64,000 nucleotides of DNA, taken from NCBI GenBank assembly GCA_020891255.1, contig BQFW01000001.1, forward strand, positions 682,001-746,000. The letters run 5' to 3'. Position numbers and translations under genes: made by a program. Under the pieces are notes generated by a model. The model made no database searches. It was not told the DNA's origin and saw nothing but the letters and a program-made list of their open reading frames with translations. Below, one piece after another: positions 12,101 through 23,225 of the stretch; positions within the stretch are counted from its first letter, which is position 1; the number at the start of each line of letters is the position of its first letter. The stretch comes from Entomortierella parvispora E1425 (taxonomy: Eukaryota > Fungi > Mortierellomycota).

Positions 12101-12704
12101 AGGGAACGCCAGTGCTCAGGACAGCATTGGGTTGATGTACTATATGGGCAAAGATGTTCGCCAGGACTACCAGAAAGCTATGGAGTGGTTTCTGAAGGCA
12201 GTCGATCAAGGGGACGCCAATGCTCAGAACAACATTGGGATGATGTACAAAAATGGCAAGGGTGTTTCCCAGGACTACCAGAAAGCTATGGAGTGGTTTC
12301 TGAAGGCCACCGATCAAGGGAGCGCCAGTGCCCAGATCAACATTGGATCAATGTACTATAATGGCAAGGGTGTTCCCCAGGATTACCAGAAAGCTATGGA
12401 GTGGTATTTGAAGGCCGCCTATCAAGGGAACGCCAGTGCTCAGGACAGCATTGGGTCGATGCACTATAATGGCAAATGTGTTCCACAGGACTACCAGATA
12501 GCTATGGAGTGGTATCTGAAGGCAGCCGATCAAGGAAACGCCAGTGCTCAGAAAAACATTGGGTCGATGTACTATAATGGCAAAGGTGTTCCCCAGGACA
12601 AACAAAAAGCTACGGAGTGGTATCTGAAGGCCTCCGATCAAGGGAACGTCGATGCCCAGAACCACATTAGGCCAGTGATGGCGAAAATGTTCTCCTGGAA
12701 ATAA
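9147..12704 (+). CDS. Sel1-like repeat (SLR/TPR) protein, ~30 repeats of 36 aa
   Basis: Exon 1 is 9147-9289 (MDDTMASR..VLNALR). A phase-2 intron at 9290-9391 (GTAACA..CTTCAG) joins the 1102-aa ORF. Canonical Sel1 consensus AQxNIGxMYxxGKGVPQDYQKAMEWYLKAADQG. Confidence 0.95.
10635..12662 (+). repeat. Intragenic tandem array of ~19 near-identical 108-nt units
   Basis: ggtgttccccaggactaccagaaagctatggagtgg recurs every 108 nt. Sequence lines 11401/11941 and 11461/12001 are identical (540-nt offset). Confidence 0.97.
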
Positions 12705-12828
12705 GGAAAGATACTGAGCGGTATATGAAGGGCGTAGATCAAGGACGTGCCGACGTAGAGTAATGGATTTACATCCCGGATCAGGACATGCGGGATAGAC
12801 GGATTTATGGAAAACACGATTTTTATTT

Positions 12829-13083
12829 CTATTTGCGCTTTCCGCGTCCCTTCTTGCCTTTGCCTCTTGTCCGTTCGTCATCGGACGAGAAGCCATCTCC
12901 TGCTGTCGATGCCTTTGAAGATGCAGTCGCGGATCCGGCGAGAGGACTTCCTGAGGCTGTTGCAGTAGCGTGTCCAGTTTCTTTGATGTGATTAAAAAGT
13001 TGGCTCTTGGTATCAAAACTGTCTTTACAAACACGGCACATCAGAGATGCGCCTGCTTCCTCAAGCTAAGAGCGCAAGCATAC

Positions 13084-13119
<36 letters not shown>

Positions 13120-15231
13120 AAAAGTCAGTCAGAAATGATGGAGACCGTTCATCCTAAACGTGCGGGCAAATCTAATCACAACAGCGAATGATCGTCAGAG
13201 TGGTGGAGAACATTCCCGTTACCTTTTTCGCGGCTGCTTCTGATCTGGCCTTCTTTTTCTCCTTGCCGCTCATCTTTTTGGCTTTCGGTTGGCCGTCTGG
13301 GGACTCTGCTCTTGAGGCAGGAGCTGTCGACAACGGGGTGGCGCCATCCAGATCGTCGTCACTGTCCAGATTGCCGTTCTTTTGAGATTTTGCGCCTCGA
13401 CTGGGTGTGGGTGCTCTGGAGAGACGCACGGATCCGAGCAAATCGGCCAATCCATCCTGATCCATCTCATCCAATTGAGCCTCGTCAAACTCGTGTCCTG
13501 CTGTCATGACCTTTTTCTTCTTGTTCTTCTTTTTGGACTTGAGCGCAGAGTATACTGGGATAGGTTCTGGATCGGAAAGGTCCATTTCCACCTCTACCTC
13601 CTCCTCATCATATATTTCCTCGTCATAATCCTCTGCAAATGATTGTGTTTTAGCGCCATGAGAGTTTGGCATCACCAACTCCTCTTCCTCTTCATCCAGA
13701 TCGACATCGGATCCGTCCCGTGAATCCACGAGATTGGAGGAAGGTCCTCCTCCCAAATACTCATTCTCCTCGTGCATCATCTCTAATCGGATATCCTCCA
13801 CAGCCTTCAAATGCTTCTTGCTCCGCTCATGGTTCTTCCACTGACGTTCCGATTTGAAAAACTTGTCGCAAATAATACATTCAAATTCCTCATCCTCGTT
13901 GTCGTCCGATCCGGAGTCCTCCTCGTCCTCGTCCTCCTGGACGCGTGTCCATGCCTGCTCCTGGAATTGCTCCGCACGTGCTCGAAGTTGCTCCTTTTCC
14001 TTTTCTGCTCGTGCCTTGATATCCGCCTGGATCTGCTTTTGCTTTTGTTTTTGTTGCTCCTGGAAGGCGAGCCATCTTGGATCACGTTTCCTCACATATG
14101 ATGCCAGGGACTATTAAATAAATGCTACATGTGAGTTTTTTTTTTTTTTGGCCTTCAATAGTAAAAAAATATGCCCAACAACAAAAAAAAAACTTTACCA
14201 GGACAGTGTCGTTAAACTCCTTGCGAGCCGCATCTCTGAACTTTTTGTTTTCCTTTTCCATAGCCCTGCGGACACGACGATCGGGTGCCTCAGAAAGACG
14301 GAACTTGTCGCACCATGAAAAGCTCTTTTGGGTCGAGAAGGTCAGCCAGGCATTGTAGAATTGCTTGACATCCGAGTCTGAATTGTCGTCATACGCAGTG
14401 TTGGAAGATCCAAAGGTAGGGTAATGGACCTTGGCGCCTGCATCCTCATATCTGTCGTTGGAGGAGGCTTCCTCTTCCTCCTGCGCCAATTTGTCAAACA
14501 AGTTCCTGTACACCGCATAGAAACCCTATTCAAGAATAAAACAAAAGACAACAATATATGATGTTACTATCCATGATTTCGCTCCTACAATAAGGTTCTC
14601 TCCAAGGGGGTGATTATCTGCCGTCATGGCAATTTTCCTTACAGCAGCATTGTCCTTGAAACCCTTGTAGATAGAACTGCTAAAGTACTTCATCAACTCT
14701 GCGCTCGTTGTTCCTGCTGCTCCTTCTGCCTGATCTGATTTGTCATCTAGAAAAGATATTGAGAGTAAGGAGAATATCAGATAAGCAGTTCAAAAGAGGC
14801 CAGGACGACCAGTTTGAACTGTTTGTTGAATCCGCAGTTTCTTGTCAAATGCTGGCTCTCCCGCAGTTTTCGACTGTGTCTTTTTTTTTTTTTTTTTTTT
14901 TTGTTACCTCCACGAAGAATTGCATCGCGATGGGAATCGTACCAGGCACGCTCCTGTGGATCTGAGAGGACTTCGTAGGCCTCAGCGATGAAGGCAAACT
15001 GCTTTGTTGCCTCCTCTACTCGGTGATGGTTCTTGTCTGTGGAGGGAGGAAGAGACGGTTAATTTCAAATTTCTCTGGCAAGTTTGCTGCGGGGGAACCG
15101 GAGCAAAGGACAGATCTTTGCGGCGTTTTACCAGGGTGCCATTCCAGCGCTTTCCTGCGGTAAGCCTTCTTGATGTCAGTCTCGGACGCATTCTTGTCAA
15201 TGTCGAGAATGACATAGTGGCAGGTCCTCAT
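12829..15231 (-). CDS. JJJ1: DnaJ-domain / C2H2 zinc-finger co-chaperone (Jjj1/DNAJC21, 60S biogenesis)
   Basis: Six exons. J-domain [34 protein letters not shown]...[17 protein letters not shown], then [27 protein letters not shown], zinc finger [25 protein letters not shown] and C-terminal [23 protein letters not shown]. Confidence 0.95.
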
Positions 15232-15795
15232 GGCGGTGATTTGATTAGGTCGAACAAAGAATGAATGAATGCTGTGAATGTCAGAGAGTGCGCGAGTTGA
15301 GCAGCCATAAAGAAAAAAAAAAAATGGAAAAAGGCATTAAGGGTGCAATCTCGGGATGTATCGGTCACATGACCCATTGACACGTGCGCGATTTTTTCAT
15401 CTCTCCACTCCACCTTCTTCGGCTCCTTTGAGTCCGTGGAAAAAAAAAAAAAAAAAAAAAAAAAAAAGAAGGTAGTGTGATCATAGACACACACACCCTC
15501 TCGGCATCTTTCCTTCTCTCTCTTTCTCTCTCTCTTCCTTCTTTTCTCCACATCCCCCCATCCCCCATCCGTCCGACTGTGTCGTGTGCTCTTCTTTGTC
15601 TCGCCTCGCCTCGACTCTCCAAAGGCCGCTCGGATCAGATCCCCACACCGCATTCGCCTCTTTTTGTGCTTTTCTGTTTCTCTGCTCCATCATAAAGAGA
15701 CACCCAATCTCATCCTCCGACCCAAAGACCTTTGCTAAACACCACGGCCTGGACGTTCCCCGCACTCTTTTGCCTTTCCTCGTCCCAACTATTTG

Positions 15796-17803
15796 ATGGC
15801 TACTTTGTCCTCCCCCGCCTCGAGCTCAACCCTGAGTAGACTCAACCACGCCAACACTTCCAACAACAGCAATACCTCTATTGTTCAGAACGGGACGGCC
15901 ACGCCCATGCTGGCCTCGTCTGGTGCAAGCCAGGACTCGAACCAGGCTGAACTGAAGATGGCAACGGATGCAAAAGGACCTCATGGCCAGAGTGGACACA
16001 AGGACTCGAAGCAAAAGTATGCTGTCAGCAGAGACACAAAGTCAATGGATTATGTCGCCAGGACAATGGTCGCAGGAGGCATTGCCGGCATCACTGTAAG
16101 GCAAACTCCTCCCCTCTCACCCCTTGTCATGAACTCTATCCCTTCCCTTCAAGAAGATTGATCAGTCACAAGACCGATGGGCGCAATGGCGCTCGTCCAT
16201 CGTCAGGATCTGGATTTGTTTCGGCTCGCGGAATACAGAGGGACAGGGCAGGACAGGACCAGGAACGCTTGACTGTGCGCAGCTTAGTGGACACGTGCGA
16301 CCTTTGGCCCTCTTTAGTCAGACTTGGATGACGGCACGGTTCAAAAAGGATATCCACCCGCACTGCGCTGCAGAGAACCCTGCCGAAGGGCGGACTCTGG
16401 TTATGCGGGGGCTGCTGGACAGGATCTGACAGATGATCGTTTGACTGACTGTACCTCTGTGGGCGTATCCTTCCTTCAGAAATGTGGGGATGATAATATT
16501 TTTTCTTACTCTTTTTTTTTTCATTATTTTTTTCTCCCACGATCCCATAGGCCAAAACTGCCATTGCACCGCTGGATCGTGTAAAGATCCTGTTCCAAGT
16601 CAGCAACCCTCAATATGAGAAATATGCAGGTATGAACCACAGCTTTTGATTGTCACAATCTGAACGTGAGGTTAGTACTGTAGGAGGAAGTTAGCTCATA
16701 CTTTGGTTTTATGGGCTCTTAGGAACCTGGACAGGAGTATTCAAGGCTGCCCGAGATATCTCAAAGACTGGAGGCGTGCGGGGACTCTTTCAAGGAAATT
16801 CTGCGACTATTTTGAGGATATTTCCGTATGCTGCCATCAAGTTCATGGCCTACGAGCAGTACCGGAGTGTAAGTCTTGGGGGCGGAAACAGACAGTCATT
16901 GGATCATGAATACCCCTGCTTTGAGGACTCGGGAAAAGCCACATAACAAGGATGAACTCTTAACCAAAAGTCTTCTTCTTTGCCTACATCTAGTTTTTAA
17001 TGCCCACTAGAAGAGACGAAACCTCTTTCAGGAAGCTCGTGGCAGGATCCATGGCTGGTACGGTCATCAACTTTACTATTTTTTTTTTTTTTTTTTTTTT
17101 TTGGAAACGTTGGTTTTCATGGGCCAGTTGAGAGTAGATGAGCTAACTTTGCCGGCTTTAAATGATGTGGAATCTTCTAGGTGTCACCTCTGTGTTTTTA
17201 ACATACCCCCTAGACTTGATCAGAGTACGCCTCGCCTATGAGTCCAAGGCCACCCCTTACATGACTCTTGTCAACAAGATTTACAACGAACCAGCAGGAC
17301 GACAACGACCCGCAAGTGTGGCATGGCTCCCTGAATTGAAACTGTCCAACTTTTACCGAGGATTCCTTTGTTCGGTAGCAGGAATGATTCCATACGCCGG
17401 TGTCTCGTTCTTCACGCACGATGTGATGCAGCAGCTCTGTCGAGAGCATATTCCCTGGACGCTGAAGCAGAACCAAAGCCGGGGCCTGCCTGACAAGAAT
17501 GGAGACTATGCCCGACCTGAATTGAAGACGTCGGCAGAATTGGCCTGTGGAGGTGTTGCAGGCGCTTTGAGTCAGACGGCCTCCTACCCTCTGGAAGTGG
17601 TGAGGCGAAAGATGCAGGTAGCGGGCGCGTTGGATCCCAAGGTCTTTGTTGGGATGCGGGAGACGGCTCGGCAATTATACATGACAAAGGGACCCCGCGG
17701 TTTCTTTGTGGGTCTGAGCATTGGATACCTCAAGGTCACACCTATGATGGCCATTTCTTTTACTGTATACGAGCGCATGAAGAAGTTGTTGGCCATCGAC
17801 TAA
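15796..17803 (+). CDS. LEU5: Mitochondrial carrier, CoA transporter type (Leu5/SLC25A16)
   Basis: Five exons give [65 protein letters not shown] and [13 protein letters not shown]: three PX[DE]XX[KR] carrier signatures with Leu5-like context. Confidence 0.88.
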
Positions 17804-20800
17804 ACAAAAAAATACAGACCAGTTGTTGCTGCCGAACGATGCGCGCGGCCGCACATATAAAATACAATACAAGCATCTTTCTTTATTCCCATGTCATCTA
17901 TGTGCACAAAAATGTATCCTTTTCTACCTGCGTCTAGAGATGATGCACGCAGGCACGTTTTCTGGAAGTTACCTGTGAGAACCTGGTGTTTTGAGACAGC
18001 TCTGAGGATGGTAAAAGTGAAGCAAGAGGGGAAGTTGTCGAACTGAGGTTCATCCAAGGAATGTTGCTAATTTTCTATTTGTGTATTGCCCTCGTGGCGG
18101 CAAAACATTCATGCAGGCCGATCCGCCCTGAAACTGCCGTCTGCTTTGCTGTCATGCAGGGAGGGAAAAGGAGGGGAGGGAAGGCTCTGGGTGGAAATAG
18201 TCCAGGGCCAAAACAGGATGTGCACGGACAGAATAGCTCGCTATCCCGCGAGTTTTCTTCTCAATTGAAACATGGCATTCAATCACAACAACGATGTGGA
18301 GGAGAAGCCGCATTTAGAAAGAGCGCATGTACCGAGAGTGCCCAACGTGGAGAAAAAGATAGGGGAGGGAGGGAGGGAAAGACAGGGGGGATCAACCCAA
18401 CGGCAAGGGAGCACAGCGCTGGCCCAGGGGTCCACGCGAGGCCAAAGGGGGAACAGCCCAACCACGCTGAGACATTACCGAATGAATAATGCCTGTCCGT
18501 GCATCGGGTCGACGAATTTGCCTCGGTGATCAATATCCTGTGTGTGCGTCACGCGAGAACGAGAGGGAAGGAGGACATGAAGAAGAAAACGAGGGATAAA
18601 GAAAGAGAAAGTGAGGGGATTGTCTTTTCCCCTCAGGCGGGTAGTCGTTTTACCGAGTGGCTGGAGAAAGAGCAGCGGGGTCTTGAAAATGAAAAAGAGA
18701 GTTGATCTGCCAAAAAAATCCTTTGGGCGAAAAGCGCGTCATTTTCTTGAACCTCATTGTGGGTGAGGCGGAAGAGGAATGACAATCCATGACTATCGAT
18801 GGGAGAGGGGATGGCAAAAAAAAAGCGGACATTTCTATGTGGGCGCAGTTTTGAGAAAAAAGTAGGATCATCCGACTGCTCTTGTCCGAGTCATGCCGTG
18901 CTGAGGGGAAAACAAAAGGGAGAGCAACCAACCCTCCACACTCATGGCTACCCTGCTGGTTCTCCTTCCTAAATGGAGATGGGCGGGACTGACGAACAGG
19001 AAGGAGAAATGAACAAAGGACAGACGGCAAAACGCCATGTGTGAGAAAATGCAAAGAGAGTTCAACTCCAGCGGGCCCCACCCTTGCTGCGGATAATACA
19101 TTTCCAGGATTGTAAACCGCTCTTTTTCAAGTCTTCATCCTCATGCTGACTGTTGTTGACTGTTGGGTAGTGATTTCGGGGGGAATGAGGGTGCCTCTTG
19201 CCTTTGTGGAAAACTGCGGGAGGGGGAGGGGGGAAAAGGAAAAATGGAAACATCCATGGAGAAGCATCTAGGACTGGGCATGATGACCTTTTTTGGTCAA
19301 TTGTGGTCAGGTTGGATAACAAAAACAACAAGAAGCCTGTTGAGAAGTGGCAACTTACTTTTTTATGTTTTCTTTTTGCTTTCATCTGGAAAAATGAGCG
19401 ATAGTCTGCGTCTGTCTGTGTACCACAATCTCAACGGATCAAGGGCAGGTTTGTTGGTTTTTTTATTTCTTGGACTGTCAACAAACGTGTTGACAGATGC
19501 CAAGGTCAGGGAACTCGGTCAAGATCCATGAAAGAAGCAATTGCCTTTCCTCTCCCCACATTAATGTCTCGCAGTTTGCTCCCGGGATTCGGCAACAGAA
19601 GAGTACCAGCTGAGTGAACAATGGCGCCATTCCGGATCCGCCGGGTTCTTCACCTTGAAGGTTTACCCCCTTAAGCTCCCGCAGAGACAAGGTTCAACTG
19701 ACGCAGAGGATACCTTTCGTCTTTGTGCGCAGTGGAGGGAGCGGTGGCTGACTGTCTATCTGTTGCCCTTCCTGCTCTCCCTTTCTCTCTCTGACAAATG
19801 CTACCTGCGCAAAGCTGGCCCTCCGTCGTCAATGTCCAAGTGCCTGCCCTCCAATTGCTTCGCCCTTTCTTTGAAATGAGCATCTTGGCACGGCGTACTT
19901 GGCAGAGGATCCGCCGCCACCAGGGAATTGTTTACATACGCATAGAGGGAACTCAGCGTGCCATTGTACAAGGAAATGGGGGAGGTACACTGAAGGCCAA
20001 GGGAATCATTACTAAGAAATTGCCAGCGCGTTTTGTGCATGGTTACCACCATCCGGTTAGTGGGGGAAGAAAAAGGTGTCACGCAAAGACAACAGGGGTC
20101 GACAGATGATTTCTTCACTAAGGGCTTTGTCCTCTCAATGGGGTTGGAAATAGCCGAGGGTATCACAAGAAAGACAAAAAGAGTCAACGACGTCTTGCCC
20201 TTCCAAGATGGGCCGCTTTTGCTCTTTGACCACCTTCGTACTTGAAAGTTTCAACCCTGAACCAAAAAAAAAAAAGAAAATTGAAACCGTCTTTCTGATT
20301 GAATAGGAGATGAATTGAAAAATCGATTCCTCTCGGAAGTTTGTATAGCCTGACAAATCCAGAGATATCCCTTTGGCCTTGCTGACTTTTGAGCCGGAAA
20401 GGGTAAAGGCGCGGAGGAGAGCAACAAAGACCTGTGTTGGATGATCACGAACATGCAATTGGATTCGCTAGGTAAACGCACGATGTCATCTTTTTCCTGC
20501 CCTGCACCCTCTTTGTTGCTGGCGTTCAAACTGTTCCAGGGCAGACTCAATTGAGGTATCGAGTTTTTATTCTCTCTCTCTTTCTGGTTTTCTCCCACCG
20601 CTCCATTCGGGTCTGCGCGTTTTTTTCCCCTTCTCCCTCTCCATTTTCTATATAACTGGCCCCATCTCGCCATCGCCCTTCCTTTCCTCTCTTTCTGCTT
20701 CTGTTTTTTCTTTTATCTTCTATCTTCTACTATCACCCAACACCCGCCTATCTTCACTCACCGTCGCGTTTCAATATTTCTCGACATCCTTCCCCCCCTC

Positions 20801-20841
20801 CACTCGTAATCTAATCACCCTTCAGGACAAACATCACTCCA

Positions 20842-22865
20842 ATGGCTCCCTCCGCGACCTCGACAACGTTGATCACCCAACGCAACCGTGAAGACCTGGC
20901 CCTCTCCAAGACCTTGCACGGCACTACTTTCAATGAGGAGAACCACCAGGCCTCCTTCTTGACCAAGCTCAAGCAGAAGGATCGCGAGTTCCAGCCCGCC
21001 GTCGTCGACAACTACCTCAAGAACTGGAAGGAGGAACAACCCGAGAACGAGACCGAGGAGGCCAAGGCCGAACGTCAGAGCGCTTACAAGGCCGTCGCCA
21101 ACTCTTTCTATGACCTCGCCACGGATTTCTATGAGGTAAGAAAAATGAAAGAAAAAAAAATGGGGGAGGGCAGTGAACGAACGCGTTGAGAAATGACACG
21201 TAATGGACGACAAGAAGAAACACCGGCGGATTTAAGAGAAATGAAGGGAAGGGAAGGGGACCGGGAGTCAAGGAGGACGAAAAACAGGGATAGGGACTGT
21301 GCTCTGCATTGGTATGCATTAGGTCCACAGCAAAGGGAAGTGAGAAGGAGGCGAGGCAGCTGATTTTAACTTTCTCGTACTCCCCACCCCCTCTTCAGAG
21401 GATATCGATGACGACAAGTGTGGAGTGGGTCGGGTTCCATGTGCAACAACTGTGACCAATATCATGGAAATTCCAGAAAACCTTGGGAAATCGATTGCAG
21501 CCGAAAACTTTTTTGCCCTCGATAGAAAACGGATCACCGCCACTTCTGTGAAAATGGGGCGCTCTTGGGATTGATATGGAGGGTCAATTTATTAGCAAGC
21601 AAGGGATTCAAACGAGGGGAAGGGGAAAAGAGAAAGGGAGCGAGATCGCAGGCTCCGTTGGCGTAAGTGTCTGCCAAGGTTGGTGGCCTGATCTGCTGTC
21701 AATTTAGTGCCCACGCTGTGACTGCCGGGTCAGTCGGAAAGGGAAACGACGCGACGGACAAACAAACATTCCCCGATTTGGACGACAATCAAACGTGGCT
21801 CTCAGTCGATGCGTCGCTGAAGAGGAAGGGAAGACGGGGCAGGGGGAGGGAAGGAAGATGATCGCTGTGAGCAACTGAAAAGGAGTAGAAACAACCCTGG
21901 GGCAAACGAAAAACTACGCCCAGGTTCAACTGTGACCAACAAGGAATGCATCCTAAACATCATTCATTGTTTCTTTCCTTTCTGAATAGTACGCCTGGGG
22001 CACCTCGTTCCACTTCTGCAGATTCCGCCCTCGTGAGCCCTTCCAGCAGGCCATGGCCCGTCATGAGCACTTCCTGGCCGCCAACATGGGTATTCAGCCC
22101 TCGTTCAAGGTTCTCGATATTGGCTGCGGTGTCGGTGGTCCCGCCCGCGAGATCGGTCACTTTACCGGGGCCCACATCACTGGTCTCAACAACAACGACT
22201 ACCAGATCTCCCGTGCCCGCCGCTATGCCCACACTTTTGGGCTCCAGGACCGCTCCGACTTTGTCAAGGGTGACTTCATGAACATGCCCTTGGAGGATGG
22301 TTCTTACGATGCCTGCTATGCCATTGAGGCCACCGTCCATGCCTCCACCTTGGAGGGTGTCTATGGAGAGGCCTACAGAATCTTGAAGCCCGGCGGTGTC
22401 TTTGGTTGTTACGAGTGGGTCATGACTGACAAGTACGATGCCACCAACCCAGAACACTTGAGAATCGTCCGCGGATTGGAGGTGGGCAACGGTGTTGCCA
22501 AGATGATGACGCGCAAGGACTGCCTCCAGGCTTTGGAGACTGTTGGATTCACTGTTGAGAAGCACCAGGACATGGGCGAGACCGAGGACAAGATTAAGTG
22601 GTACTACCCCTTGGAGGGCGATATCCGCCAAGCCAACGCCTTCTGGGACTACTTGACCGTCTTGCGCACCACGACAGCAGGACGTGCCGCCACCACCTAT
22701 ATGGTCAGGACTTTGGAGGCTCTCGGATTGGCTGCTCCCGGCAGTACCAAGGTGTCGACGATTCTTCAGACGGCTGCCGACTCTGTGTTGGAGGGTGCTC
22801 TTTTGGGCATCTTCACGCCCATGTACTTCTTTGTTGCTCGCAAGCCCTTGGATGCCACCAACTAA
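20842..22865 (+). CDS. ERG6: Sterol 24-C-methyltransferase
   Basis: Exon 1 (20842-21135) ends NSFYDLATDFYE. After an intron at 21136-21989, exon 2 starts YAWGTSFHFCRF and includes KVLDIGCGVGGPAREI, GLNNNDYQ, YAIEATVHA and LKPGGVFGCYEW. Confidence 0.97.
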
Positions 22866-23069
22866 GAACAAAAACAACCCTCACTACCCCTCTCTGCACT
22901 CAATCGACTCCAAAATGTACATCATCACTACTACCAACACTATTGTATTTACCGGATTACTAATCCCTTAATAAATTACCCTATTCAAAAATAACCATGG
23001 CATTTCCAAAGCCTCTCTGGTACGAAAATGAACAGGAGAACCTCCTCAGGTAGAGAGAAGCGACGAGTA

Positions 23070-23225
23070 GGGGAGAGCGACCAAGTTTTGCGACCAAGTT
23101 GTGATGTTTGAAACGAAGTTGGTCGTTTCTCCATAAACGGGCAGAAAAAGTTGGTCGCAAACCTGGAAAGGAAACTTGGTCGCAAACTTGGTCACAAACT
23201 TGGTCGCAAACTTGATCGCTCCCCC
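23070..23225. mobile_element. MITE/foldback-like element with imperfect terminal inverted repeats and internal 12-nt tandem units
   Basis: Left end ggggagagcgaccaagttt matches the reverse complement of right end aaacttgatcgctccccc. The unit aaacttggtcgc occurs about twice in reverse at 23077-23100 and about six times forward at 23116-23219. No clear target-site duplication. Confidence 0.55.

Noticed and set aside
10635-12662. Regular repeats as a CRISPR array or TALE-like DNA-binding repeats
   Set aside because: The units are contiguous 108-nt coding repeats with no unique spacers and match the 36-aa Sel1 consensus, not the 33-35-aa TALE consensus. The context is eukaryotic.
10680-13034. Repetitive antisense and alternative-frame ORFs (e.g. 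MIGGLQKPLHSFLVVLGN..., WQGCSPGLPESYG...)
   Set aside because: These are shadows of the Sel1 array.
15360-15410. RRPE/PAC-like and E-box motifs in the JJJ1-LEU5 promoter (also TCACGTGA at ~34190)
   Set aside because: Short, imperfect matches expected by chance; they cannot be supported without comparative data.
16096-16550. snoRNA hosted in the long LEU5 intron (also checked the ERG6 intron)
   Set aside because: No convincing C (RUGAUGA) / D (CUGA) box pair with a terminal stem was found by eye.
21960-22877. 305-aa minus-strand ORF
   Set aside because: It is antisense to ERG6 exon 2 and is a by-product of strong codon bias.
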